The notes under the pieces are model-generated. The model did no database searches. It was given only the letters and a program-made list of their open reading frames with translations, and was not told the DNA's origin. The position numbers and the translations under genes were made by a program. From Tubulanus polymorphus (lineage: Eukaryota; Animalia; Nemertea), in NCBI RefSeq assembly GCF_964204645.1, contig NC_134036.1, positions 7,974,812-8,038,811 of the forward strand: a stretch of DNA of 64,000 bases, read 5' to 3'. Shown here piece by piece: positions 1 through 12,570 of the stretch. The number at the start of each line of letters is the position of its first letter. Positions within the stretch are counted from its first letter, which is position 1.

Positions 1-2723
1 TCTTTAGTTTTCGTTTGTAGATACCCAAAACGCCCTAGTGATAGATATCTCGACTAGTCGGAAACATATTTTTGATTACTTTTAGAATATAACGGTGAGT
101 ATTCAACATATTCATTGCTGTTAGTTTCTCCTAAGTGTGAAGATTTCTTTTTTAGAATAATTTGCTTATCTGTTTTAGATTGATAGCACACTGGAAACAA
201 AATCGATTGAATAGTCAACATCAAAACATGGGATCTTTATTTAATATGAATGGTTGAGTATGTGTTCATTTCATATAAGAATGAATTAGAATCTTTCAAC
301 GATGAATAAAAGTGAAAGAATGAATTGAGTTTTCTAGCAGCAACCGTCAACATAGTAGCAGCAGCATCCATCAACATAGGAGCAGCAGCATCCGTCAACA
401 TAGGAGCAGCAGCATCCATCAACATAGGAGAGGCAGCATCCGTCAACATAGGAGCAGCAGCATCCGTCAACATAGGAGCAGCAGCATCCATCAATATAGT
501 AGCAGCAACAGCAGCAGCACAATTTGGTATCAACATAGGATCCAAGCGGCATCAAAAAATTAAAAACAAGTAAGTTTAAAGATAAGTTTTTCACCCCTAA
601 GCTGAAAATACGGAACTGTCAAGGTTTTTCAGAGCTTCATTTTCCCGAGATAGTAACTGGAGAAAATATCGGTAAACTCTTCGGTACCGGGATTAAGTTC
701 CACGACGACGTGATACCACCAGGAGCTCCCGAAATCCCAAACAGTGCTTCATATAATTATTAATTTCTATTTCGTCATTACAGCACGTTTTAAAACATTT
801 TCAGTACAAAATAAAAAGCGCTTCGTTCGACTTCGAAAAAAAGACAAGTTTGTTTGGTCTTTTAAAATCTTGAATTCTTCCAGCAAATGTTAATTCTACA
901 GAGCTCATTGATGCGCAGTGCCGGTACATGGATTCACAAACTTGTACTATTCTGTTTTTGCCAATCATGCCATTCAAATCAATCAATTTATTCAAACATT
1001 TTCAGCAACATTGGAATAGCAAGAGCAGTATGAGCGACAGAGGAACAACGGAGGAAAAATGAATCGCTTAGTATAAAAGATAAGTAGAGTTACATTCATC
1101 ACTAGGAGCTGTAAAGTGTTTTGAATGCAGTCTGATATGTGTAAGATTGTAAGTGTAGAAGTTTCACTCATTGTTTCAGTCTAACAAAGTTGTGACTGAT
1201 GTACATGTAACCGTGATTGTGTACACAGTCATTTCACTTATTCCTCATTTGGATGAATGTTCGTTCTCTCATCTTCATTAGCAATAAGAATAATTTCCAT
1301 CCGTTTAACCGCGACATCATGACATTTCTACCTCTCTGATTGTAGTGTGGATTAGGAGTGGTTTGGAATAGGGAAGGGTACAGAGGAGCTCACACGTAGG
1401 GTAGGATAGGACAATATGATAAGGTTAGGTCGAGTTGGATGGTGCAGGATGCGTTGGTGAGGTTGGGTTGGATGGTGAGTTTGGTAGAACTGATCACGGG
1501 GTGAGTGGTGTATGTGGTAGGATAGGGTAGTGTAGTTCGGTAGGTCTGCGATTAGAGATAGAAAGGCTGGTGTTAAGGCATTACAGAAGTGACGGTGGTA
1601 GGGTTCGGGTAGGAGGATGAGGTGGGGTATGGTAATAGGATAGAGTAGGACAGGATGTGATAGGGTAAGGTCTCTGGGTGGGGTAGGGTTGTCTGGTTGT
1701 GGTTGGGTTTGGGATTGGTTTAGTTCTTTGAAGGGTATGCTTAGTACAATGTTTGAACGTGTTGAGCTTGAATGAACCGAACACTGATATCCGATTAAAA
1801 AAGAAATCATGCAACGAGAAAAGCATCGATCGTTGAAAAATTAAACAGATGTTACCTAAGCATCCAAGACCTTACGGTGGCAATGTTTTTGAAAGACACA
1901 CGATGCAATGAATTTTGATTTCAAATAGTTTAGTACCAGCGTCAACCATTTCAATATCACGCGATGACTGGTATAGCACGTATCTGGATATGCTCTTGGT
2001 CTCAATACTTTCAAAACAGACCCGTAGCCCGGGATTTTGATCACAAACTTTGAAAAGGAAAGTTGGCTACAAAAAGTACCATATTTCAAAGGTTTAGGCA
2101 ATAGGTCGAAATACTATTGCTTTGAATAGTCTTAACGCGATTCGACAATTAAGATTAAACTCATTGGCATCTTATGTCGGTTGTAGGCTCTGTCGGTTGT
2201 AAGCTCTTTTCGCATCATGAAGATAGAAAGGGAAATACAATATTGAAATGCCTTTGATACGTTTGCTTTCAGTTAAGCAGGTTTACTTGTTTTGGAAACC
2301 ATCATATTTGGGAATGGACATCTTTTGGCTGCACTTCAAAACCTGTAAATAGTGGATATATTGATAATTGAAGAAATTCTATAATTCTAATTTTGTAAGA
2401 TAAAATTTATTATTTTGAAACCAAAATGTGTTTATGGATATTGAATCATATCCTTCTAAAATACAAGATCTCAACAACCAACCAAGACGCGTATACAAAA
2501 AAAAACTCAAATCAAACCTGACAGAAATTATGCAAAGCAAATTCAAAGGACTTTCGGACTGCGAATTAAAATAACGAATTTTCAAAAATGGTTACCGTCA
2601 TTTCCTTATCTCTGCAGACTAATGTCACTGATGTCACTATTCACTAATGTCACTGCGGACTTTCAAACATTATAAGAAGGATATTCCGCTATGACCGATC
2701 ATATCGAATACAATCACCCCAGT
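1..2723 (-). repeat. Inverted copy of 16496-19218 (runs off the left edge of the window)
   Basis: Position x matches the reverse complement of 19219-x, e.g. ORF 237..545(-) equals 18674..18982(+). The match ends at 2723 (cacccc agt) where the DIRS terminus begins. Confidence 0.97.
337..519 (-). repeat. 24-bp minisatellite, about 7 units (inverted copy)
   Basis: Reverse complement of the unit gatgctgctgctcctatgttgacg; gives 8-aa periodic ORFs. Confidence 0.95.
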
Positions 2724-3065
2724 ATTTCCATCGAGTACTGTACCCTTTCCTATGGTTTTTGCCAATATTTTCTAAATTTGGATTTATCGCCAATGGTTTT
2801 TCTATACGACCCGGCCCTGCGGTATTGCATTTAGCCACCGGCGAAATCCGCCATCTTTTTTCTTGGCGTTCTCGCAGTAGAACGCGTTGGATTTTTTCGC
2901 CGTAAAAATCTGGGAATTAGGATATTAGGGAGTTTTCACTCTCGTAACGGTGAGTCCGTTCGGTTTGGGGGTTATCCCTGATTTCTTTTTTTCCGTAAGA
3001 ATTTTATTTACAAATATAATTTGATTGAATTGAATTGAATTGTTTTGATTTGTAACAGGATAATT

Positions 3066-5357
3066 ATGCCACCCCCTCCCAAGGGTCAGCATCGTGGCGG
3101 GGAGGGATGCGGGCATTTGTTTGGCGCCTGGGACAACCACGATTCATGTGCGTCGTGCAGGCGCAAATCCGGTCAAATATGTGCAAGGAGCAATCCTTGC
3201 AATATTTGCGTCGTGTGGTCCGAGGACCTTTGGCTTCGGGCCGATAAGGCTCTTAAACTAAGAGATCGTCGTCGAGTTAGCAGGGATTCGTCGGTTTCGG
3301 CCGATGTGCCAACCGACGTTTCTAATCCTGTTTCTTATCGTAAAGCGGAGCGGTCGCCGGTCGTTCAGGTACGATCGGCTTCCCAACTCCGTTCACCGGG
3401 GAGGAACGCTGGTTCACCGGCACCGGTCTCTGGTCATTCACCGGTCTCTGGTCGTTCACCGGCACCGGTCTCCGGTCATTCACCGGTCTCTGGTCGTTCA
3501 CCGGTTCGGCCGGTTCGGCCGGTTCAGACTACATGTTCGGAACCGAGCGCGCGCCGCGGTAGTCGCGAACGGCCCGCACCGGTTCGGTCGGTACCGGTCC
3601 GGTCCGGGTCGGGCATCGGTCAGGTTCGGTCCGGTTCGGCCACCGGTCCGGTCCAGACGTCGTCCGGTTCAAAACATCCGGTACGTTCATCGTCTGATTC
3701 TGATCGTCGCTCCGGGGATAGAGCTCGCTCTCCCACTAGATTTAGACGCCGTGAGCGTAATAAACGAGCAAGATCTCCTTCTCGCAGATCAAGGTTTGAT
3801 CGCGAGAGGGACTACGATCGTTATTGTCGGAAGTTTCGCCGTCGGTCTTCTCATCGTTCGTCGACGTCGGTTAGCGATGAAAGCGATTCTTCTAGTAGGT
3901 CGCGATCCCGTTCGAGGGACCGTCACCGAAGTCGGCATGATCGTCGGGATACTGGAAAATACCTGACTCAGAAGGATTTCCATGTATTTGAGGAGAAAAT
4001 TTTAAACTTGTTATCTTCGTCGCAACAAGTCGCTGCAACTTCTACAACAGGTAAGCCTATTCCTGATTGTCCGGTTAGAAGTTCGCCAGCCCACTCAGTT
4101 TTTCGGAATTCTGACTCTGAATTCCTGGATGCTGCGGTAGGGTCTGATTTCAATGAGGATCCGGTCCCAGAGGCGGCAATTCCTTCTGGGGTCGTTCCTG
4201 TCGCAAGCAATTGTGGGTTGCCCCAGACGATGGGGGCTTCCCTGGCTCGCAATGTATCTCCGTCCCGTTCAGTTTTATCCGAACCAGCGGGGGACATGCC
4301 ATCTAGAGCGATGATAAGTGAGTTCTTTGTCAAGCACGGGGCAACTCGCGCTAAGCCCACAGCAGCTCCTCTGGTCGGTGAGTCAATGGAAGCTTATCGC
4401 CCTCCGGACTCCGATCTTAACGTTTTACGGGAATCGTCAGCGGTTTCAAGAGAATGGGCTCGATTGGATACGCAATTATGGGGTGAATGTCGGCCTGGAA
4501 CTTTTTCATTTCCCCCTCCAGAACGGGGTATGAAATCTGGGAAATATTTTAGTTCAACCGATCCACCTATAGGCGCATTTCGCTCGGCGTATTACGCAAC
4601 TCCAGGTGCTGTGGATCACAGTCATAACTGCCTGGATGCTGATTATACTTTGATCAGCCCGGATACTGTTACAGCACAGTCGGGTATTCGTTTGCCTAAG
4701 TCCGGTTTGGTGGCCATGACGTCAATCCTGGACAATCTTACCAGGGTTGGTTCGTTTCAAGATATGGCACTTAAGGTGTTGACGGGTGAGCTTCGCGAGA
4801 CTCACGCCGCCGTTCATGCGGGCTCCGACCCAGAGTCAGTTGCCCTAAAACTGGAGGGAATGGACCGGATTATCCAATCTTTGGCTCGGTCTGTTTCGCA
4901 TGTAATTCCGTTGTCGGTTCGGGGTCAGGCTAATCTGGTGTTAGCCTCCCGTCAGTCAGTGATGGACTCCAGTGCCAAAACTCGTCTACCGGATATGGTG
5001 TCCAATGCTTTGCTGAGAGCCCCATTGGGGACGTCTTCACGTCTCTTCTCCGGTTGGTGCGCTCCGGTTTCCGCAGAGCTGAGGAAGATTCGGGAGGTTC
5101 AGGCCAAGTCCAACCCCCGAACTGCGTGGAAAAAGCGTTCTGGTCCGACGCCGGCGGCGCAAGGTTCGGCACGGACGCAAACAGGACCATCTCAAACTTC
5201 AGCGCTTTCTCAGGCGGCTTCGGATGCCGGTTGGAGAACTAGCGCGCAACTTCAACAATCGTGTCAAGCCTCGTCCGGTCGTAACAGTTCCGGTTCGTAT
5301 CGAGGCAAGGGGAAGGCTCCAAAAAGGGGCTCTTCCTTTCGGAAAAACTCGAAATGA
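3066..5357 (+). CDS. DIRS ORF1 gag-like protein
   Basis: Open 763 codons from ATG 3066. N-terminal Cys/His knuckle (CGH...HDSCASC...C...CNIC), R/S-rich region, located between the ITR and pol. This is the only uninterrupted gag among the three copies. Confidence 0.8.
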   Translation: MPPPPKGQHRGGEGCGHLFGAWDNHDSCASCRRKSGQICARSNPCNICVVWSEDLWLRADKALKLRDRRRVSRDSSVSADVPTDVSNPVSYRKAERSPVVQVRSASQLRSPGRNAGSPAPVSGHSPVSGRSPAPVSGHSPVSGRSPVRPVRPVQTTCSEPSARRGSRERPAPVRSVPVRSGSGIGQVRSGSATGPVQTSSGSKHPVRSSSDSDRRSGDRARSPTRFRRRERNKRARSPSRRSRFDRERDYDRYCRKFRRRSSHRSSTSVSDESDSSSRSRSRSRDRHRSRHDRRDTGKYLTQKDFHVFEEKILNLLSSSQQVAATSTTGKPIPDCPVRSSPAHSVFRNSDSEFLDAAVGSDFNEDPVPEAAIPSGVVPVASNCGLPQTMGASLARNVSPSRSVLSEPAGDMPSRAMISEFFVKHGATRAKPTAAPLVGESMEAYRPPDSDLNVLRESSAVSREWARLDTQLWGECRPGTFSFPPPERGMKSGKYFSSTDPPIGAFRSAYYATPGAVDHSHNCLDADYTLISPDTVTAQSGIRLPKSGLVAMTSILDNLTRVGSFQDMALKVLTGELRETHAAVHAGSDPESVALKLEGMDRIIQSLARSVSHVIPLSVRGQANLVLASRQSVMDSSAKTRLPDMVSNALLRAPLGTSSRLFSGWCAPVSAELRKIREVQAKSNPRTAWKKRSGPTPAAQGSARTQTGPSQTSALSQAASDAGWRTSAQLQQSCQASSGRNSSGSYRGKGKAPKRGSSFRKNSK

Positions 5358-6834
5358 ATTCTTGGGACCAGTGGGAGGTTGTCTGCAGCAGGCAGCAACC
5401 CACTGGTCCGACCTCTTTGGAGACGGTTGGCCCTCCCGGGTCGTCTCTCGGGGCTACCGTCTCCGTTTCCTAAGGCGACCGCGCCTGATGAGGTCACCTC
5501 CCGACATGCGGCCAAAACCAGGTCAGGAGGCCTTAATCTCTCCGGCTCTCAAGGAACTGGCAGAGAAGGGAGCGATAGAACCAGTTTGCAACGAAACTTC
5601 TCCCGGCTGGTTTTCTCGAATATTCATGGTACCAAAGGCCACAGGGGGTCAACGGAGACAGTGATAGATCTGTCATCCCTCAATCGGCACCTAGACATTC
5701 CAAGGTTCCGGATGACCAAGCCCAAGGACGTGATTCAAGGGCTCCGTCCGGGTCAATGGGCGGCTTCATTGGACCTGAAAGATGCTTACTTTCAGGTTCC
5801 AATTCACCCAAAATCTCGGCGATTTCTCAGGATAAAGTGGAAAGGCCGCCAGTTCCAATTCAGGTCTCTTCCATTTGGCCTCAGTACGGCCCCGTGGGTT
5901 TTCACCAAGTTGGTCAAGTCAGTTCAGAAGGTACTTCAGTCAAGGGGTGTTCGACTGTTCGTTTACCTCGACGACTGGTTAATAGTCGCGAATTCGGCTC
6001 AGGAATGTCGGGAGGCAATGACCTCAGTCTTGGACTTAGTCCATCAGCGAGGGTTCCGCGTAAACAGGGAAAAATCTCAGTTGACGCCGGCCCAACAGTT
6101 CACTTATCTCGGCATGGACTTCGATCTCCGAATCGGCAAAGTCTTTCCGTCTATGGTTCGAGTGGCCAAACTTCAAGAAGCTGTAGCGGGAGTGTCCACA
6201 ACCCCGAGAACAGCTCGTTACTGGTCACGGCTTCTAGGCTCCATCAGCTCCATGGGTCTGGTGGTGCCCTTAGGCCGCCTCAGAAGCAGGCGCTTGCAAC
6301 AATATTGGAAGGTCTTCTGGTCTCAGTCGAAGGGCAACTGGGAGGCCTTGATTCCCGTACCTCCAACCGATCTAAGTCCGGATCTTCAGTGGTGGGCGGC
6401 CACTACGAATCTTCGGCTCGGGGTGTCACTAGCCCCGTTAGAGGCTCCAGTTCGTGTATTCACGGATGCCAGTCACCAAGGTTGGGGGGCACATCTGGAG
6501 AACCGAGTCAAAGCCGGGAAATGGTCTCGCTACGAGGCCACCAACCACATAAATTTCCTAGAAATGCTGGCCGTGTGGAAGGCCCTGAAGTTCTTTCACA
6601 GGAGAGTGGAGGGCCACCACGTTTGGTTAGCCACAGACAATTCAACAGTGAGGGCTTACCTTCAGAACCAAGGGGGCACTCAGAAACCCTCACAGGTCTG
6701 TCGGCCAAAATTCTTCTTTGGTGCCAGACAAAGGGCGTGTCCCTGACTGTGGCACATTTAGCAGGGAAAAGGAACGTGATGGCCGATGCTCTGTCTCGTC
6801 GAGGTCAGGCTATTGCGACAGAATGGGTTCTCCA
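5350..6834 (+). pseudogene. DIRS pol (RT-RNase H), frameshifted and truncated
   Basis: PVGGCL, KGAIEPV and FMVPKATGG are in one frame; VIDL, LDLKDAYFQVPI, LPFGLSTAP, YLDDWL, FTDAS and HINFLEM are in the next. Frameshifts at about 5659 and about 6677 (4-bp deletion). Confidence 0.92.
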
Positions 6835-6839
6835 GAAAG

Positions 6840-7709
6840 GGAAAGATTCTCCTTCAATAAAATGTCCTTGATCATTGAAGAGACCCATCGGGCTACTGTG
6901 TCCCGCGAAATATCACCCTTTAGGTGATCCAGCAGCGGAATAAATAACCGCTCCCGTGAACCCCTCCGTGAAGCAGAGCGATCTAAATAGAAACACAACG
7001 CCCGCACAGGACATAAAGTCCTGTCTGGGATGCCCGGTTCCACTCGATGTTTTAGGGCTTCAATTCGCCATTGACGCCCAACCGAGCCTGGTCGTTGGTT
7101 CTTTGCCATAAATTCCAAAGCAGGCCGCAGCGAAACAAATTCATTCGCTGGCCCAAAGACAATGTGACCTTGTCGGACTGAAAGCGCATGAATCTCAGAG
7201 CGACGGGCCGAGCAAGCCAAGAACAGCAAAAATACAGTCTTTTTTGACAAATTTGCAAAAGACGCTGCCGAAAGAGGTTCAAATGGAGCCTCCATTAACT
7301 TCTTCAAAATTACAGACAGATCCCATGGTGGAACTGTCCTTGTTACCCGAGGCCGGGAAATAGAAAACCCAGCAACCAGCTGGGATATCCGATGATCCCC
7401 TGCTACATTTGGCCATCCAGAAGCACGCAATGTATGAGAAATCGCGGAGCGGTAACCTTTAATAGTTATGACCTGTAAACCTTTTGCTACAAATAGGTGC
7501 AGTAAAAAATCTGCCAATTGAGCTACAGAGGGTGAGCATGGATCAATTTCCCCTGCAGCACACCAATCCGCAAAATGACTCCATTTGGCATCGTAAATGG
7601 TACTTGTTGATGGCCGCTTAGATCCTGCGATAAAGGAGGCAGCCTGTTCTGAAAAGCCTGAAGCTGACAAGGATCGCTGGACAATGGCCAGGCGAGCAGA
7701 TTTAACCAC
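6840..7709 (-). pseudogene. DIRS tyrosine recombinase, C-terminally truncated
   Basis: Matches 49731..50879 up to KENLS (one substitution), then runs into the fusion junction. Confidence 0.9.
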
Positions 7710-9570
7710 TGGCTGTTTGGATGATGCCGAAGATCCCCTGAGACAGAAGCGATGGGAAATTCGGAAGAATCCTGGGGTTGTCGCACAGTAGGTTGAGAAG
7801 TGGTAGGAACCATTTCTGAGCCGGCCAACATGGTGCTACCAGAACTATGTTGCAATTGACTGATCTCTCTATTTGATCCAGTAAGCGCGGCAGGACTGGT
7901 GTGGGCGGGAACGCATACGCATGCATCCCTGACCAGTCCAGAGAGAAGGCATCGACCCCCCACGCTTCCGCGTCTGGAAACGGGGACACAAACAGAGGAC
8001 ACCTCCGATTGAACCGGGTGGCAAACAGATCCAGCAGCGGATTGCCAAAAATGCCCCGAACCCGATCGGCTACTTCTTGGTGGAGAACCCATTCTGTCGC
8101 AATAGCCTGACCTCGACGAGACAGAGCATCGGCCATCACGTTCCTTTTCCCTGCTAAATGTGCCACAGTCAGGGACACGCCCTTTGTCTGGCACCAAAGA
8201 AGAATTTTGGCCGACAGACCTGTGAGGGTTTCTGAGTGAGTGCCCCCTTGGTTCTGAAGGTAAGCCCTCACTGTTGAATTGTCTGTGGCTAACCAAACGT
8301 GGTGGCCCTCCACTCTCCTGTGAAAGAACTTCAGGGCCTTCCACACGGCCAGCATTTCTAGGAAATTTATGTGGTTGGTGGCCTCGTAGCGAGACCATTT
8401 CCCGGCTTTGACTCGGTTCTCCAGATGTGCCCTCCAACCTTGGTGACTGGCATCCGTGAATACACGAACTGGAGCCTCTAACGGGGCTAGTGACACCCCG
8501 AGCCGAAGATTCGTAGTGGCCGCCCACCACTGAAGATCCGGACTTAGATCGGTTGGAGGTACGGGAATCAAGGCCTCCCAGTTGCCCTTCGACTGAGACC
8601 AGAAGACCTTCCAATATTGTTGCAAGCGCCTGCTTCTGAGGCGGCCTAAGGGCACCACCAGACCCATGGAGCTGATGGAGCCTAGAAGCCGTGACCAGTA
8701 ACGAGCTGTTCTCGGGGTTATGGACACTCCCGCTACAGCTTCTTGAAGTTTGGCCACTCGAACCATAGACGGAAAGACTTTGCCGATTCGGAGATCGAAG
8801 TCCATGCCGAGATAAGTGAACTGTTGGGCCGACGTCAACTGAGATTTTTCCCTGTTTACGCGGAACCCTCGCTGATGGACTAAGTCCAAGACTGAGGTCA
8901 TTGCCTCCCGACATTCCTGAGCCGAATTCGCGACTATTAACCAGTCGTCGAGGTAAACGAACAGTCGAACACCCCTTGACTGAAGTACCTTCTGAACTGA
9001 CTTGACCAACTTGGTGAAAACCCACGGGGCCGTACTGAGGCCAAATGGAAGAGACCTGAATTGGAACTGGCGGCCTTTCCACTTTATCCTGAGAAATCGC
9101 CGAGATTTTGGGTGAATTGGAACCTGAAAGTAAGCATCTTTCAGGTCCAATGAAGCCGCCCATTGACCCGGACGGAGCCCTTGAATCACGTCCTTGGGCT
9201 TGGTCATCCGGAACCTTGGAATGTCTAGGTGCCGATTGAGGGATGACAGATCTATCACTGTCTCCGTTGACCCCCTGTGGCCTTTGGTACCATGAATATT
9301 CGAGAAAACCAGCCGGGAGAAGTTTCGTTGCAAACTGGTTCTATCGCTCCCTTCTCTGCCAGTTCCTTGAGAGCCGGAGAGATTAAGGCCTCCTGACCTG
9401 GTTTTGGCCGCATGTCGGGAGGTGACCTCATCAGGCGCGGTCGCCTTAGGAAACGGAGACGGTAGCCCCGAGAGACGACCCGGGAGGGCCAACCGTCTCC
9501 AAAGAGGTCGGACCAGTGGGTTGCTGCCTGCTGCAGACAACCTCCCACTGGTCCCAAGAATTCATTTCGA
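7702..9570 (-). pseudogene. DIRS pol: RT, RNase H and adenine-methyltransferase-like domain, frameshifted
   Basis: YLDD, FTDAS, ADALSR, then DLFAT...DAFSLDW...YAFPP...VAPCWP (the DIRS MT-like domain). Frameshifts near 9260 and 7737. Confidence 0.92.
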
Positions 9571-11780
9571 GTTTTTCCGAAAGGAAGAGCCCCTTTTTGG
9601 AGCCTTCCCCTTGCCTCGATACGAACCGGAACTGTTACGACCGGACGAGGCTTGACACGATTGTTGAAGTTGCGCGCTAGTTCTCCAACCGGCATCCGAA
9701 GCCGCCTGAGAAAGCGCTGAAGTTTGAGATGGTCCTGTTTGCGTCCGTGCCGAACCTTGCGCCGCCGGCGTCGGACCAGAACGCTTTTTCCACGCAGTTC
9801 GGGGGTTGGACTTGGCCTGAACCTCCCGAATCTTCCTCAGCTCTGCGGAAACCGGAGCGCACCAACCGGAGAAGAGACGTGAAGACGTCCCCAATGGGGC
9901 TCTCAGCAAAGCATTGGACACCATATCCGGTAGACGAGTTTTGGCACTGGAGTCCATCACTGACTGACGGGAGGCTAACACCAGATTAGCCTGACCCCGA
10001 ACCGACAACGGAATTACATGCGAAACAGACCGAGCCAAAGATTGGATATTCCGGTCCATTCCCTCCAGTTTTAGGGCAACTGACTCTGGGTCGGAGCCCG
10101 CATGAACGGCGGCGTGAGTCTCGCGAAGCTCACCCGTCAACACCTTAAGTGCCATATCTTGAAACGAACCAACCCTGGTAAGATTGTCCAGGATTGACGT
10201 CATGGCCACCAAACCGGACTTAGGCAAACGAATACCCGACTGTGCTGTAACAGTATCCGGGCTGATCAAAGTATAATCAGCATCCAGGCAGTTATGACTG
10301 TGATCCACAGCACCTGGAGTTGCGTAATACGCCGAGCGAAATGCGCCTATAGGTGGATCGGTTGAACTAAAATATTTCCCAGATTTCATACCCCGTTCTG
10401 GAGGGGGAAATGAAAAAGTTCCAGGCCGACATTCACCCCATAATTGCGTATCCAATCGAGCCCATTCTCTTGAAACCGCTGACGATTCCCGTAAAACGTT
10501 AAGATCGGAGTCCTGAGGGCGATAAGCTTCCATTGACTCACCGACCAGAAGAGCTGCTGTGGGCTTAGCGCGAGTTGCCCCGTGCTTGACAAAGAACTCA
10601 CTTATCATCGCTCTAAATGGCATGTCCCCCGCTGGTTCGGATAAAACTGAACGGGACGGAGATACATTGCGAGCCAGGGAAGCCCCCATCGTCTGGGGCA
10701 ACCCACAATTGCTTGCGACAGGAACGACCCCAGAAGGAATTGCCGCCTCTGGGACCGGATCCTCATTGAAATCAGACCCTACCGCAGCATCCAGGAATTC
10801 AGAGTCAGAATTCCGAAAAACTGAGTGGGCTGGCGAACTTCTAACCGGACAATCAGGAATAGGCTTACCTGTTGTAGAAGTTGCAGCGACTTGTTGCGAC
10901 GAAGATAACAAGTTTAAAATTTTCTCCTCAAATACATGGAAATCCTTCTGAGTCAGGTATTTTCCAGTATCCCGACGATCATGCCGACTTCGGTGACGGT
11001 CCCTCGAACGGGATCGCGACCTACTAGAAGAATCGCTTTCATCGCTAACCGACGTCGACGAACGATGAGAAGACCGACGGCGAAACTTCCGACAATAACG
11101 ATCGTAGTCCCTCTCGCGATCAAACCTTGATCTGCGAGAAGGAGATCTTGCTCGTTTATTACGCTCACGGCGTCTAAATCTAGTGGGAGAGCGAGCTCTA
11201 TCCCCGGAGCGACGATCAGAATCAGACGATGAACGTACCGGATGTTTTGAACCGGACGACGTCTGGACCGGACCGGTGGCCGAACCGGACCGGACCGGTA
11301 CCGACCGAACCGGTGCGGGCCGTTCGCGACTACCGCGGCGCGCGCTCGGTTCCGAACATGTAGTCTGAACCGGCCGAACCGGCCGAACCGGTGAACGACC
11401 AGAGACCGGTGACCGGAGACCGGTGCCGGTGAACCAGCGTTCCTCCCCGGTGAACGGAGTTGGGAAGCCGATCGTACCTGAACGACCGGCGACCGCTCCG
11501 CTTTACGATAAGAAACAGGATTAGAAACGTCGGTTGGCACATCGGCCGAAACCGACGAATCCCTGCTAACTCGACGACGATCTCTTAGTTTAAGAGCCTT
11601 ATCGGCCCGAAGCCAAAGGTCCTCGGACCACACGACGCAAATATTGCAAGGATTGCTCCTTGCACATATTTGACCGGATTTGCGCCTGCACGACGCACAT
11701 GAATCGTGGTTGTCCCAGGCGCCAAACAAATGCCCGCATCCCTCCCCGCCACGATGCTGACCCTTAGGAGGGGGTGGCAT
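9562..11780 (-). pseudogene. DIRS gag-like ORF, frameshifted by internal deletions
   Basis: Split into ORFs 10953..11780 and 9562..10911; deletions in the repetitive P/S/G segment relative to copy 1. Confidence 0.85.
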
Positions 11781-12113
11781 AATTACCTGTTACAAATTAA
11801 ATCAATTCAATTCAATCAAATTATATTTGTAAATAAAATTCTTACGGAAAAAAAGAAATCAGGGATAACCCCCAAACCGAACGGACTCACCGTTACGAGA
11901 GTGAAAACTCCCTAATATCCTAATTCCCAGATTTTTACGGCGAAAAAATCCAACGCGTTCTACTGCGAGAACGCCAAGAAAAAAGATGATTTCGCCGGTG
12001 GCTAAATGCAATACCGCAGGGCCGGGTCGTATAGAAAAACCATTGGCGATAAATCCAAATTTAGAAAATATTGGCAAAAACCATAGGAAAGGGTACAGTA
12101 CTCGATGGAAATA

Positions 12114-12569
12114 CACAGCTCTCATCTTCTGCTACGACGAGCAGCCTGTTGTGTTATCATACCAAGCGTGCACGCGCCAAGCAGCTTTACAGCATCGCCA
12201 TATAGTAGTCTGTATGAGCGTGTGTGCAACAGTCTAGTGTTTAGCACTCCCGTCCCGCGCACATGTGGAGGCCTTGTGTAGTGAACGTTCGCTTCACTTC
12301 AATCTCAATCAACACAATCACTGGGTATTAAAATGAAACAATACCTATGGCGATATGTGAAATAATTTCTCACCGGCAATGAGCATTCAAAATTCGCACA
12401 CATCTAGTCCAATGAAACGTTCGCCATAAATGGCTTCCCCATAACTATTTTAGTAGTGCCGTAATTCTCCGTATATCCCAAAAGCAGCATATCACATTCG
12501 CTCTTAGAGACGACGCCCCTCAATCGAGTTCATTGCAATTTTATACGCAAGAGCTAAGAATTTTCCCGC
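12114..12569 (-). mobile_element. 5' part of non-autonomous Helentron derivative (duplicate of 55284-55739)
   Basis: The reverse complement of 12480-12569 closely matches Helentron 29641-29730 (gcgggaaaattcttagctc...gcgtcgtctcta). Confidence 0.8.
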
Positions 12570-12570
12570 A

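Larger units (their letters stand above)
2723..6834 (+). mobile_element. DIRS-type retrotransposon copy 1, 3'-truncated (left ITR, intact gag, RT/RNase H)
   Basis: Starts TATTTCCATCGAG, the same terminus as copies 2 and 3. GC-rich, near-identical to the reverse complement of 8081-12113. Breaks off after the RNase H motif ADALSR...EWVL. Confidence 0.95.
6840..12113 (-). mobile_element. DIRS-type retrotransposon copy 2, 3'-truncated within the tyrosine recombinase
   Basis: Nearly identical to 50010-55283. Lacks the YR C-terminus (HxxR, catalytic Tyr), the ICR and the right ITR. Confidence 0.95.

Noticed and set aside
3304-5515. Short alternative-frame and antisense ORFs within DIRS gag
   Set aside because: Expected in GC-rich sequence with few stops; no motifs, unlike the ORF3 overlap with pol.
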